The translations under genes and the position numbers were made by a program. From Callorhinchus milii (lineage: Eukaryota): 64,000 nt of DNA. Positions 1-14,019 of this stretch are shown piece by piece. Below the pieces are notes generated by a model that was given only the letters and a program-made list of their open reading frames with translations, was not told where the DNA came from and made no database searches. Position 1 is the stretch's first letter. The number at the start of each line of letters is the position of its first letter. The stretch lies in NCBI RefSeq assembly GCF_018977255.1, contig NW_024704742.1, positions 112,284,001 to 112,348,000 of the forward strand, read 5' to 3'.

Positions 1-272
1 CCAATTTAAAACAGTTGTTAAAGGAAACAGAGGGGAGTTGAGGACATTTTTTTTCACATTCGGATCTGGAATACATTGCTTGAAAGGGTAGTGGAAGTCG
101 ATTTGATAACAACTTTTAAGAGAAAAGTAGATAATTATTTGGGGCGGACAAGTTTGCAGGGCTATGGGGAGAGAGCAGGGGAGTGGGATTGATTTGGATA
201 GCTCTTTTCAAAGAGGTGGCACAGACATGATAGGCCGAATGGCCTCCTTCTGTGCTGTATAATTCTATGATT
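1..272 (+). mobile_element. CR1-type LINE 3' end fragment
   Basis: Decayed ORF2 C-terminal/3'UTR motifs (ggatctggaatacattgcttgaaagggtagtggaag...ggccgaatggcctccttctgtgctgt) ending in a short ATTCTATG-like tail. Confidence 0.8.
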
Positions 273-941
273 GTAAAAATGGAGGATATATTAGGACCAA
301 CAACAACAAAATAGAACCAAAGCAGAAAGTATAGATTTTAAAGAAAGCTTTAAGTACAAGGATCATTTGATGCATCAGTAAATGTAGAGGTGCTCCTTTA
401 CGAGTTATTTATTTACTTATTTATTCCTGTTTATTTAATAACTCTCTTATTCCTTGATGAAAATGTTACAGTGATGTCCTAACAAAGCTGAATTTAAATC
501 TCTCTTCTAGTAAATGTTCAGGTAAAATAGAACTTTACCAGAAAAAGAGTCAAACATGACAAATATCGTCTATTCATATAACTGCTAATTCAAGGTATCC
601 AGTTAGTAGTGTTCAAGAGATATGAAAAATAACTAATATTGCAACCAATTTTTCCACAAAAAGTGTGAGAAATGCAATCCACAGAAATTCCTTCATACAC
701 ATTGATGACGGCGAAATGAGTTAACATGCTGACCTTTAACTTCTTGGAACCTTTTTAAATACAAAGACTAAGGACCATCAATAATTGTCATACATCCATA
801 AGAGTTAAAAAAAATCTCTTTTTTGCCACTGTCTCTCCTGCACAAACATGCTCTTTAGAAAATTGAACATCAGTAGTTTTCTAATATTAGTTATGCAATG
901 TGAAAAGAGCAGCACATCAGCACAGAAACGGCAGGGTAATT

Positions 942-1421
942 GGCCTGGTTACTAGTTAATTCTTTTACAACTGTTTCAAACTGTCAACAGAATATGGAGG
1001 GGAATATACATTGTGCACGTGGAATATTAAGCATAGCACCTTCTCATATTGTGGAGAAACAAGGCTGCTATTGTGGAACTGAGCAAAAAAACAATGGAGC
1101 TCAAACCCCTGTTGATTTGACAGTTTGCCTCTCCTGTCCAACTGCAACAGCAAAACAAATGGACAAATCTATTCAAATCATGTTCAGAATGAGATTAGCT
1201 TCTTCTTTTCCAGATAAGAGCTGGTCTGAGGAACTCCCCCCATTGTATATACGAATCCCTGTTTGTGTGAGAGTATTGTGACAGTCTCCACATCAGCATC
1301 AGAATAGACTCGTACTTAACATAAATTGTAAAATGGCATTGGCAGAGATCACTCCTCTTTCCACCTCCTTATTCTGTTGACAGTTTTAAACAGTTGTGAA
1401 AGAATTAACTAGTAACTTGCC
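942..1421. mobile_element. Non-autonomous DNA transposon (MITE-like) with ~46-60 bp terminal inverted repeats
   Basis: 948-993 is the reverse complement of 1371-1416 with 2 mismatches; TTAA immediately right at 1422-1425. Confidence 0.7.
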
Positions 1422-1864
1422 TTAACATGTAACTGATACGTCCTGTCATTCCCGTAAATAAACAAATCATGAACGTTTCAATTTTAAATTCCCGTAATTT
1501 TTTTCTCTGAGGGTATTTTTCAGCCAAAATTTCATAACGTTAGATTGGTTAATATCATCACTGGTCACTTTATCTTACATGGACAAAGAGATACATTTTA
1601 TCCACGTTAATCTTGGTGCAGCAGGGAAACAATACTGAGACATACTGCTCTAGAAAACAGTTAGATCCTAACCAAACACTTTTGTGAAGTTTTCATTGTA
1701 ATTCTAGTTTAACTTTGAGCGCAGTCCTTGTTGTTGAGGCAGAAACGTGTTGCCAAACAAGAGTTGAGAACACACAAGCAAATTCTTGGGTACAAGCATA
1801 TTGCTCTTCTGCTCTATTCGATATGTTTCATGTTATTTATCCCAGCCCTCTTAAAATAATAAAA

Positions 1865-2150
1865 TATAATAATCCCTGCATTTGATACAGTGCCTTTCAC
1901 ATCAGACGGGCATCTCAATAATAATAATAATCCTTGCATTTGATATAGCGCCTTATCACATCTTTGAGACGTCTCAAAGTGCTTCACAGAAAATACTGTA
2001 AATTGAATTAACTCCATAATTTGTCTCAGAGCGTTTCATGGGCTTTATTCTGAAGTGTATAGACTATGTTTTTGTAAGTAAACTGGAATGCCAATTACCA
2101 CACAGCAATGTCCCAATTTTATCTGAGGGGTTGTTTGTCAGGACAACAGG
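1865..2150 (-). mobile_element. Two nested Deu-SINE 3' fragments
   Basis: Two copies of aataatcc(c/t)tgcatttgata.. tail (about 1868 and 1918); the younger piece interrupts the older one. Confidence 0.75.
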
Positions 2151-3469
2151 AATAATTGCAATGTAGTTTTAGAAGTATAAACAATGTTCCATATAAGTTA
2201 AAACTTCATTAGTGTTACCAAACTACACATGGATGAATTTACAAAACTTTTTGAAGGGAGCAGATAGTATTGAGCTCATATCAATGAATCGATTACCTGG
2301 CGCACACAGAGCAGGAGAGCCCCAGAGTATGCTGAAAATGCACGTAGAAGTAGTTCAATAAATTTGGAAGTAGTTTTACAGATGTACATGTTATACATGA
2401 ATTAATACAACAAAACATTATTTTTGGAGCTGTCAAAAGGGGAATAAAAGAGTAATATTGATAAATGAAGAGTTCTTTTTTGTAACCGGAGTATTTAATT
2501 TTTACTGTAAAACCTTCAAGTGCAAACTGTTAGGGCTCTGTGCTGGAAATATCAGACTGATCTGATAAGGGAGTACCACAGGTGCAGCGTGTCTAACAGC
2601 TGAGACCTAAGTACAATTACTGAAGTAATATAATTATTGACAGCGCTTGTCATTATCATGATAAATGTGTCTGTCATAACAGTTATGATTTTGGGATGTT
2701 GTCATAAGGGATCATAAACACTATGGAAAATTGTTTGGGAGAAAAGAAAATATTGGACACATACAGCATAGATCTAAAATATAAAAGATTTTTATTTGTG
2801 TTAAAAAAACTACTGCGAGTAACCTTAGTTATAAATCAACCCAACAGTAGCGAGGGAATAGTGGCAATTCTGAATTATTTTCCAGTTTGGGCCAACATTC
2901 AATATTATAAACTTTTGTTTTAAGTGCTGATATTTTTTTCCAATGTTGGTCTGCATGCAACACTAACAATTAAGATCTATAGTTTAGCAACTGTTACTGT
3001 TATATAATGCATGTCAGTTTTGCAGTATCTTGCATTTATCCATGTTGAACTTAAAATTTCAGTTATTGGCCCAGTTTTTCAACATTATTAAAGCATGTTG
3101 ATCTTTCTTTGTGTGATCGTGTAAGGTTTCTTTGTGGTGCTCTGTGAATGGACTTTCAGAAGTCTAGATATGCTATGTCACATCACTTCCTATTGTTGTC
3201 AAACTGGGATGTGAAAGGATTTCCAGAAGAGACGAATATATATATAAGACACAAATAAAACAAATTAATTTCCTTTGAATTACCAAACGTCTCCAACCAA
3301 TTTGGATTCCAACCATTGGAATCCTGTGGAGTTTACTTTTGTTTCAGATATAAATCTTCACTGTGACCACCGATAATGTAGGTATATCAACATGTGTAAA
3401 GCATTGATACAAATGTTGTACAACCATTTCCCCTCTCTAATTCCCTGTTATCTATTATGAGGCTCCTTG

Positions 3470-3662
3470 CCAACAATCCCCCAAATAAAATTGGTTGTTG
3501 ACATCAGAACAGTTTTGGGGATATTGCTGCATATAAATTGACTGCCACATTTGCCTACAAAATACACAGTCACTTTACAATATATCCTATGAAACACTGT
3601 GAAACTTTCTACCAACAAAGTGATAAGACCCTATTATCAAATGCAAAGATTATTATTATTAC
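3470..3662 (+). mobile_element. Deu-SINE 3' half
   Basis: caacaatcccccaaataaaattgg...tatcaaatgcaaagattattattatt. Confidence 0.8.
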
Positions 3663-4456
3663 ATGAGTTTTTCCAAAAGAAAAAAAGCATTTTTGGTCAC
3701 CTTGAAGGGTTTGCATCCAAGCTGTGGAGGAGTGGAGGACAAAGGGGGTGGAGGTAGGAAGATGATCGAAATCACAGTTGAAGAGGACGTTCTTGAGATG
3801 GGACTTGAAGGGGGCAAGGGAGGGACCAGGCATAGGGGCTCTGGGATTACCAAAATTATAACATCAAATAAGAAAGGGTAAGGGTCTTGTATAAAATGGT
3901 ACAGGTTATATTCTGTCATCCCAAACTGCAGCTTTTGGAAACCACTTCCGTACACACACTTCAGTACTGACGCTATGGCATTCAGGCACTCTCTAGCTCA
4001 TTCAATCTCTCTCAGAAAGGAGCAGCAACATTGAATGTAAGTGAGGAGCTTTTGCTTTTAACACATATACATATACACTTTTAACACCAAGTACCTTCCC
4101 ATGCTGCCTTCTCCCCTATCAGTGTACACACTTTACGCATGTTCTCTCCTCCTGGAAGATGCATCCATTTTTCCATTTGTCAAGTTAGACCTTTTCCACT
4201 GAAACACTTGCCCACTCCCTGCCCTTCCCCACCTGATGAGATTCCCTATTACAGATTCAGATTAAAATGAGCTTATTAATAATGACCCTCTCATAAAACA
4301 AGTGCTTTGGTGCACTGAAACACATACAAAGTACACTGAAGACTTCCACTCTTCATTTGCAACTATAGAGATCCTTCACTCTGTGGATTGATTAACTAGT
4401 ACTGTGGTACACAACATGAGAAATAAGGAAATGATTCTTACATAATTATAAGGTTC

Positions 4457-4930
4457 GATGTCAGCCTGGCTCGGTTGGTAGGTCTCGTGCCTCTAAGATT
4501 AAAGGTTGTGGGTTGAAAACTCATGTTGGGATTCTGAACTCAGTCTAGTAGACCCTCAAACACAGGGCTGAGATGTGTATGCATTGTTAGAGGTTAAATT
4601 GTTAAATGTGTGCGACATTGTTTGAGGTGCTGTCCTTTGGATGAGATGTTAAACCAAGACCCTGCCTTAGCTGTTTTGATAGATGTTAATGATCTCATGG
4701 AATTATTAAAAAAAGAGAAGGGAGTTTCTCCCAATGTCCTGGTTAACAATCCATTGGATAAAATTCACTCTTTTTTTTAATTTCATGGCTGTTTGTGGAA
4801 TGTTGCTGTCACAAATTGACCACTGTATTCTCTTACAAATTACACAGTGACTACACTTTGCAATGAATCCTTTGAGATGAATTCTTGACATGAAAAATGC
4901 AATATGAAATGCGAGGGTTATTATTACTAT
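4457..4930 (+). mobile_element. tRNA-derived Deu-SINE, older head type (gtcagcctggctc..), near full length
   Basis: A/B-box-like head, Deu central domain (gtgctgtcctttggatgagatgttaaacc), (ATT)n tail. Confidence 0.8.
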
Positions 4931-5832
4931 ATTACAGAATAAAAATATGGTTTGAACAGTTCAATCTTCGGTAGGGTGTCATAGAACTGATCTTGAAAAC
5001 AGCGTGAAGATTTACATTGCAGTGTAGGCAAGAGTGTTTTGTACTTGCAAAATAAGATACAATCCAATCAGACTGATCATAAGTAGACTCCGCTGCATTA
5101 GTATTAATAACATTGAAAAATATAACCATTCAAAACAGGTCCAATATAATAATTTTCACATCAAGAAACAATGGGCTAAAAATACATTTCATAATGGATT
5201 TGATATAATAATGATCACACTGACTGACTAAGATCAAGATGATAATTATTGCATCAAATCTGTGACAAAATGTCGCATTTTTCACCTTTGTTTAAAGTAC
5301 TATAATTCTCACTTGGCTTCTTATTTGCGTCTTTAAATATTTCCCACCATCGTCTCATGCCTCTCACCATTCAGAAGGGAGGCAGATGACCTGCTCTAAT
5401 GCTGCAGTCAATAAGCCAGCAACTGAAGATTTTTCTCTCCCTAATGATTTCTATAATCCTGAACTGTTTACAGTGCGGAGAGCGGCATGACAGAACCATT
5501 TCCACCATGTGTACTGTTGTGAATTTGTCCATCAGTACCTTTGTATGGAATGGATACATCAATTTTAAAATCACTGCTTCTCCACAACGGAGTGAAATGT
5601 TTCCGTGGGACAACTTTAAGTGGCGGTAAAATCAGCTGGCAGACATGGAGCATTCAGAGCCCTGAGAACGTGCTTACATGTAAAGAATATGCAATGTCTA
5701 TGGAGCATCAACACATTTGCATATGTTACAGACATTACAGCAAAAGACTTCATGTCTACCAGGCATGATAAAATCTTGCTGGAAAATCTGCTGTGTTGTT
5801 TACTTCCCTGTATATTGTTTTAGAACAATATA

Positions 5833-5939
5833 CAGGGTGACCAAGATGTCATGATATCTACCCAATTATCTAAAAAAATATAATTTATTTTAAGACTTAC
5901 TGGACATTGTAATGGTATCACAACGTTTTGGTCACCCTG
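5833..5939. mobile_element. Tc1/mariner-type MITE (107 bp)
   Basis: TA flanks on both sides (5831-32, 5940-41); TIR cagggtgaccaa / ttggtcaccctg, imperfectly extending to ~26 bp. Confidence 0.8.
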
Positions 5940-7268
5940 TATACAACATATATATATATTATATATATACACATCGAAGCAGGAATTATGCTTTTGAATC
6001 CATTATATATGTCCATGGATAATCTTTGTCATGCCAATGAACAGTATTCTGGCAAGACAAGCTTTCAAGTACTTCAGAGCTTAACTAAATTCAACATGGT
6101 TGAACTAAAGCACAGTTTTTTAAGAAAAAAGCTGAAACCATGGCAACCACATAAAGCAAATCTTGTTAAGAATTAGGGAGCTCATTGTAGATAATTGTCT
6201 CGTCTTTTTTTCTTTTCTTTTAAAGAACAAAGGACAGTGCAGAATAAATATATTATTTTATTAATATTAGTCTGGAAAATATCTCTAATTGTTAATATTG
6301 ATGCATTGTGCGACTTCATGTACAAACCGTACTGCAGCCCCTTCCAACTATTTGATTAACCTATCACATTAATATAGACCAACCTGATTACTGTAGTATC
6401 CTTAGTCTCAGGGTCTCTCCTCCTTTGCACAACCCATCTGTTGTTTATTAAAAATCTATTTCCCATGGGAAGAGGTAGGGTACAGATGGACTTTACCAGC
6501 TGCTACTTATTTACCAAACTTTCACCTTGTGCGGTTAATAAATACTACTGGGAAATGAGTTAAATTATAGGGAAAAATGCAGGATTTAGGGATTATCAGA
6601 CTGGGTTTCACACAGCTAATCCTTAATTCTCAAGATGGGATAAAAGTACGGTAATGTGCAGAATAACCCAACAATAGTCATCAGAAGCAAGTTTGACACA
6701 TGGATTTTATGAAGTATATGAGCGTTGCATTTCATTTCATTCTGTACTTGATTACTCATGAGTAGTAGCGAATTAGTAAATGATTAAATCACAATTAATT
6801 TATGTTTGAAGTGTAGGACACAAATTTAATCGAAAAACTGCAGTGGCATTTATTTTAAATCAACGCATGTATTTGAACTGGATTGAACGCCACACCCTGA
6901 CGTACAATAGAAGAAGACAGAACAGGGACCATGTTGGTGTTCACAGCATCATCTGTGTGGGCAGAGATGTGCTGTGTGGTCAATGATGTATTTTCAGGAT
7001 GTCATTCACGTTAAACACAGACCTGTAATCTGCACAATTCAAAACGCCAATGCATTGCACAGAAAATAAAATGGTAATAGCTACACAGGAGGGGCAAGAC
7101 AAATAGATTGTAGATTTCTAGTAATTGCTTGTTTCAGTTATAGAACATAGATGAGCAGGTTCTGGTGTGGTATTGAATTTGTGACTGAGGGCAAATGCCA
7201 GATATTAGCAATTGATTTACAATCCAGATGATCAAAATTTCTCCCTATTTTAGCCTTCCAACAATTAT

Positions 7269-7423
7269 CTTAAGAATTAAGATTGGGCAGAATTTTGGAA
7301 CATGCTTAAACTCAGTCTTAATTTGGAAGCAATTTTCTCTTTTAAGAAATGCTGAAAGCCGGCTTCCAAATTAAAACTGGTTTGAAGTATATTCCCAAAT
7401 TCTGCACAATCTTAAATTCTAAG
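7269..7423. repeat. Palindromic element, ~62-bp arms with ~31-bp spacer
   Basis: 7269-7330 aligns to the reverse complement of 7362-7423 (aagattg(g/t)gcagaattt..gaa...ttaatttggaagc). Confidence 0.8.
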
Positions 7424-7570
7424 ACTAAGTTCATGAGAAATTTCAGATTTTAGAAATGTCCAAATCCGTATCATAATTTTTTTGAACATACCTTCTACTA
7501 ATTTACAGTTATTTATATATTTTAATTTGCTGTGTTTCAATTTGTTTTGAACGCAGATCAGTTCCCCAGT

Positions 7571-7800
7571 TATTAATAATCCTTGTATTTGATATAGCGC
7601 TTTTCACGTCTTCTAGACGTCCCAAAGTGCTTCACAGAATATACTGTAAAGTGAACTGACTGTATATTTGTGGGCGAACGCGGCAGCCAATTGCGCACAG
7701 CAGTGTCCCACAAACAGTCGTAGATTGAAAATGACCAATTTATTATTGTGTTTTGTTTTGGAGGGATTATTATTAGGCTCTGTGTGGAGTAAGGAAACTT
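7571..7800 (-). mobile_element. Young Deu-SINE, 3' part
   Basis: High similarity to the copies at 56530 and 49995. Confidence 0.85.
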
Positions 7801-9289
7801 CATTGTGGTAGTTTCTGTAATCAGAAACAGCAGAAGTGATATTTTGTCCGGGGTGGGTGGTTGGTTGGTTGCTGCCCTCTTCACCTCCTTTTTGTTGAGT
7901 GGGATGGTGGATTTTGTCTTAATTAAAACACAGTACAATATAGTCACAGTTACACACGCTGTAATTCATCAATGGTCATGTTAATAAGTAAAAAGGAACC
8001 CAATCAGGAAGTTCTGGCTTACTAGGTAGTGAGTATCTAGTCTAAAACAAATACTTGTCTGTAATATGTTTAATGGCTGTGAAGTTAATGATCAGAAATA
8101 CCACTGCGCAGGGCACCGCCACCTTACTAATATCACAAACAGCTAAATGGCTTCCTTGCATTTTGAAAATACATTTGTATGGACGTACTTTAAAGCAGAG
8201 ATCCAGATTTCTGTTACCCTCTGGGCGACATTAAGTCTAATTGCAAGGGCAACATTACACAGGCTCTGTTATGGCAACAACAGCTTTGTCATGGAAGTGA
8301 ATAGCTCACAACTCAGTCTTTTCTGGAGACCGTAAACATCATTTCTATCGTTAGAAAAATCGCACTAGGATCTAATTTGTGGTATTTCTTAATGGAATGT
8401 CTTAACAAGGAATCAGGGTCACAAAAATGGAGACTTCTTCCAATGTCCAGCAGTTTGCAAAATTGATTTGTGGGAACTCCACTCTGTCACATTCTACTTC
8501 TGGATTGCGATTAGCACTAATATTAAAGCTAAATAGATTGGCCAACTATCAACCATGGTATCCAATATCACTCTGACGGGTTGCAAACATGGTAGACTTT
8601 GGCTCAGACCTGAAATCTCAAAGTCACTGAAGTCTTACTAGACTACCTGACGTACAAGGAATTGACATGAGCAAATGTAGTTTGCGTAGCAGGTGCTTGT
8701 GACAATGGTCGCCCGGCGTGAAGGGCTCTATATAAATGCAAGTTGTTGTTGTTGCTCAGCTCAGCATCAATTCTAATGATTCTCTTCGGGTAAAGCTGCA
8801 TTCCAGATTCCAATGTGTTATTCTCTGGCAATTAACGATGGATGACCACTTGAATAAACCAGCAGTGGTTACACCATAATCGTCAAGAAACAACATGCAT
8901 GTGCTTAAATAAATGTCACATTTAACTTATAATATGGTTATTCTTTTGCTGAAGATTTTCTATTGTAGCCGTACTTTTGATAATTATTAAAATAAATGGA
9001 AAGTATCGATTGGTGTGAATTTCAAAACAGGAATATTACTAGCAGAAAACACATAAAGCATGTTGAGGGTGCTGTATTACAGCACAATTTTTACAAGAAA
9101 TTAGATTACAAAGAGCAGTAATGTGAAATCAATACTCAAAACAGCTTAGCATATTTTATAATGAAAAGAAAAGTTTAAATGTACTTTAATGCACTAATGT
9201 ACTAGTATGAACAACTGGGACTAAACCTCATCTCTGACTGAATGGTTTTGGACAAAATAGCAACACACTTGGGGAACAATATTGCATTA

Positions 9290-9548
9290 GGTGACTTTAT
9301 ATGTCCCCTTTGCTCCACCATTACCAGCCGTGCCTTCAGCCCCAAAACTCTGGAACTCTCTGCCTTAATCCTTCCACATTGCCCCCTCCTTGCTCATCTT
9401 CAGATCACATCTGAAGACTTCCTTTCTGACCATGCCTATGGTCACCTCCACTGTCTCCCTGGCTCAGCATCAATCACTGGCACTGATAAGTGCTCCATGA
9501 CACCACCCCACGCGAAGGGCGCTATAGAAATGGACGTTATTATTGTTC
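9290..9548 (+). mobile_element. L2 LINE 3' fragment
   Basis: gccttcagc...ctctggaactctctgcc...cgcgaagggcgctatagaaatggacgttattattgtt. Confidence 0.7.
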
Positions 9549-9624
9549 TTGTACGTGTCAAGATTCAAATTAAACGTGACAGTCGGTGAAGTCATTGTCA
9601 TGCATGAAACTGGATAATACAAAG

Positions 9625-9950
9625 CAAGATCCTGGGTTTGATCTCTGCTTTGCGCTGTTTGGAGATGGAGAAGCAGTTGGTGAGCTACACGCCTGTGTAG
9701 GAAGGGGAAAATCAGCCAAAGTCCTGCTCCTCACCAGTACCCCCACCCCCTACCCATCTCCCCCCCATTGGAGAGTGTGTATGCATGGATGTCAGCAAGT
9801 GTGGATTGGCGTCAGCTGTGATTTCCTTCTCCCCATCCCATCCCCTTGGCTCCATAACCTCCCGAAACTCACTGTCTAGACTCAGACAAGGCCACTTGGG
9901 CAAGATAGCAGAAGGCAAGCCATGTCTGTAGATCCAAATCCCAGTGTGAC
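9625..9950 (+). mobile_element. Ancient SINE-like repeat (second family)
   Basis: Colinear with 45890-46150 (ggaaggggaaaatcagccaa...tggagagtgtg...ctcactgtcta...ggccacttgggcaaga). Confidence 0.6.
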
Positions 9951-11032
9951 CTATTTTGTCTCTTTCAGATGCTGATGAATCTGCTATGGATTCTTCATTT
10001 CATTTCACGTGGAATCTATCAATAATTTTAGTGCAATCGTATTTTTGTTTTCACTAATTCTCTCTTGAAGGGGTGGACTCACTCACTGGTGATTTCACAG
10101 GCATCACATGATCTCTCTCTAGTACCTCAACAAAGTGCCTACTTTTTATGTGTACGAACAGGTGATAGAAGATGCCCAAAATTCAGAGGTCTCGTGTAAC
10201 ACAGAACACAGCTGACAGCGAAAACAATGCACGTTCGAACCAAATACAGTGCTCAATTTGCATTTTTATATACAAAACAAATCTTGTCTACATAATTATA
10301 TTCATTACAGTTCATTCATTCATTCTTTATTTTTCTTTCTTTTTTTTCTTCCCATCCTTCTCTCTTCTCTGTTTAATCATTCAGTGTGGGTTTCATCACG
10401 GGTGAACTACATAAAGCAAGCTGGCAGTCGGTGTCTGCCAGCACAGCTGCTGCTGGGGAAAAATTTGACCCAGAGCTTAACAAAATAATAAATAAATTAT
10501 CATAAGAGAACACAATAATAGCTCCCTCCCAAATTATACAGTACGTGTTACAAAAATAAGAGCTCAACGGGAATGATTTGAAGGCAGTAATCTCTTTTAA
10601 GATTTGGAGAACAGCGACACAGACCAGTTACATGACAACATTGGTTTGTTTCAGTGCCTGTAGTACAGCCTTGAGAGCCTGCAGCCTGCAGTAGTACTGC
10701 TGGCTCCAGAATTGCTCTTTTGTCCTAGTCTAAGTGCAAGTAATGTAAAGTCTGAATGTCAGTTAATTTCTAACATTAAAGAACCATCATTAAATGCTAA
10801 AATCTTAAGGGTGGACTAAGTCCCCACAAGTTTTTTAAACTGAAATTTGTGAACTTACATGTTTGTTGTGGACACGCTGCAGTGAGCCTTCTCTGGTGGG
10901 TGAGAAGCTGAATGTTTTGAGACTATGCCCTCCAGGTGGTCTTACACTGCTTCTCTAAATTGGATGTGAGCAATGGTAAAACTGCAGTTGTACTGCAGAG
11001 TTTGTGTTCGTTTGATATGAAAATCACATTGA

Positions 11033-11340
11033 ATTAATAATAATTCTTACATTTGACATAGCGGCTTATCACGTCTTTGAGACGTCTCGAAGAGCTTTAC
11101 AGAGTATGCTGTAAAGTGAATTGACTGTATTTTGTGGGCCAAATGCGGAAGCCAATTGCACGCAACAGTGTCCCACAAACAGTCGTGGATTGATAATAAT
11201 AATTATTTATTTTTGAAGGGGTTATTACCCCTGGAACGCGAACCACCAATCGACTAACAAGCGGATTCCTACTTACTGCTGGGGTAAACAGAGGCGGGTG
11301 GAGTAAATAAACTTGCTTAGGGTTTCAAACAGCCCAGGAA
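11033..11340 (-). mobile_element. Young Deu-SINE, 5'-truncated
   Basis: (AAT)n tail, Deu domain and linker gactaacaagcggattcctacttactgct shared with the 52566 copy. Confidence 0.85.
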
Positions 11341-13370
11341 TCTAACACAATCGGTGCAAACTGTGCAGGATAACTGGTTATTGTTATTGTTATAAATAGT
11401 TCAACCTTCCCCTTATTATGCCAACGAATCCCTCAATGAGATGGAATGGTTACAATACATCTCAAGTACCCATTATTCACTATATAAATCCATATCTTGA
11501 CGGTCATTGCCTCTTCATTAGTTTAATAGTGTTGTATCCTTATCCAATGCATTGGGAAGTCAAGGTAGTACAGTCTCATGCTTCTGCCTTTCAGTATTTG
11601 AGGTCCTTATGAACAACACAATCATAACTAAGGTTACAGTTGTCTGCATTAATATGCCTATTGTATACAGTGGGCTATGTCTATGCAGCATGAACAAAAG
11701 CAGTTGAAAGAAAGCAATAGTCACACCATGATAGTTAGTCGCCAGCTAGCCAGTCAATAGCTTGCCTGCCAGAATTGCAGATTAAAATATATCTTCCCTA
11801 GTCATATAAAGAAAGCATTGATCCGTGGAATTAATGCAGCTTTGTAAAGCCAGTCTGCTGGTGACCCTAATCCATTTTATGTTATCTTAGTTTTACATTG
11901 TAAGTACAATTTATCCCCTTACTGTTAAACTATAGCTATAGCCTCTGGGAACACCTGGCTCATTTGGTTCACCTATTGCTATGCTTTGTGGAGAGGCACT
12001 GTGAGAAGTGAACACCAGACTAGAAACTCAGTCAGTGTTTTGTTACAGCATTATTGTATAGTATTGGTCAGAGTGCATTTGTAGATATGTCCTTTGCTAA
12101 GCTGCCCTGTACTTTCTTTGCAGGAGCCTTGGCTCTTGTTTATTCTGGCTTTACTTTCACCGCAGCCTGAGGCTGTCCTGCTTAATGATGCACTGTATTT
12201 CCTGGTGACTTCACCAGGATCTGCGTCATACACTTTGCTTTCTCCAACTGGATGTCACACAACGCAGCTTGTTTTCCTAATCAACACAGTTAGTGAACCG
12301 TACAGGCAAGAACTCAGCATGAATCGTATTAACCTAGTCTTTACTCTTACAGTCAGATTAATAAAAATATAGCCAATAGCACAGACATCAAGCGCAAAAA
12401 ATTACCATAGTTAATGTAATTGGCCCGAGTCATCCTGTGTGTGGTAATGTTACACTGGCTTATTGCTTACAGTGCTGTGGTTCAACTCTTGGTGATATAA
12501 TAACCTCATGTGCATATCTTCTGCATTGATTTCTACCCAACTGTAAATGCCATATAAAGGAAAGCAAAACTTCCAAAAATGAGCCAGTGACTAGGAACAC
12601 ACATGACTAAGATAAGCTAAACTGATATTTTCTGCTCTTTTCTGAAACAGTGATTAACCCTTACACCGCTGATAGATCTATGGAGGTTTCTGTGAGACCT
12701 GGTGCTATGACTCAGGCTCAGTATATAGAATCTATACTGATGGGTTAGTGGAGCTGTATGCTTACCCTCAGCAAGCATCTCCACTTTGAGATGTTCTTTT
12801 TCACCCTTGTGTGCATGTATCCCAAGCAAACAATCATTTACTCACTGGGTGGAACAAAGTGGCTATCATACTTATCAGGATGCAGTAGACACAATTGAGT
12901 CATTAGGTGAGTGCAATGGGGCAATTCAACATGAAGTCTGTAGTCACATTACACTTGCAGCCAACCAAAGTGATGCTTGTATGAAACCAACTCCAAACGT
13001 TAGTGTACAAGCTTACACTGTTAACATTGGTTACGACTACCATTGGGGTTATCTTACTCCGTTTACCAAAAAAAAGCATTGTTCTTTTATAATAGGATTT
13101 CACATTAAATGATTCAATCATATGCTTACTATATTTGGTGATCAACATAAAATACACCTCAATGATGTGGAATATATGGGGTAGACATCATGCGCTACAT
13201 TTTCGAGGGTGGATTTTGGAGATTAAATGGTAAAATTGTCACGAAGGCTAGAATCTAACATAAACCAATGGAGTAGATTCTCTCTTTGCTGGCTCAAAAA
13301 TTTCTATGTGAAATGAGTTTGTTCAATCCGAACCTGATTACTTGTAAGGTCTGTCGTTTCTTCCCACCAC

Positions 13371-13424
13371 TCCCACCCCCACCCCATCCCCCCCCCCCCC
13401 CCCCCCCCCCCACACACACACACC
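13371..13424. repeat. Poly-C tract (~24 C) followed by (CA)n
   Basis: Read directly. Confidence 0.95.
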
Positions 13425-14019
13425 ATTGTACAATACAATTTGGCGTAGATTGGCAAAGTCGGTAAAAGCATTGCTGGTGCTTGAAGTAAAATTACCACAC
13501 TATTTCAGTTCAGACTTCTGTTATAAGCATGTGGGCAAAGCATATTGTTGGAGAAACTTTGTTGGAAATTTTACTCTTAACATGAGAGTGTTTGATGTTA
13601 ACACTGGAAGCCCAAAGTTAAAACATGTTTCATTTACTCATCTTAATTTATCTGAATACAGTGAATATACAAAAAGAAAACATGGGTATAACTTCAGTCC
13701 ACAGAGTTTTGAGTACAGAGTTATGACACAACAATTTACATTTATGTACTGTAGCCCCTTTCACATCTCAGATGTCTCAAAGCACTTAAATAGCCACACA
13801 TTGACAATAAACACATCAGAAGAACAGTACAAAGCAAGGAAAACCCGTAATAAGGGTAAAACAGAAGGAAACACAATGCAAAAATAATTTGCTCTAGTGT
13901 CCAGTATTTTGTATCAGTTATTTAGTAAGTAAGTTATTCCATTGAATCCCTGTCACCCTGTGGGAACTCTATACCAGACGTAGATGGCATGGGACAGCAT
14001 GATATACTGTACTTCTCTT

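Noticed and set aside
13426..13887. 153-aa ORF as a gene
   Set aside because: Non-ATG start, no recognisable domain, contains SINE-tail-like sequence
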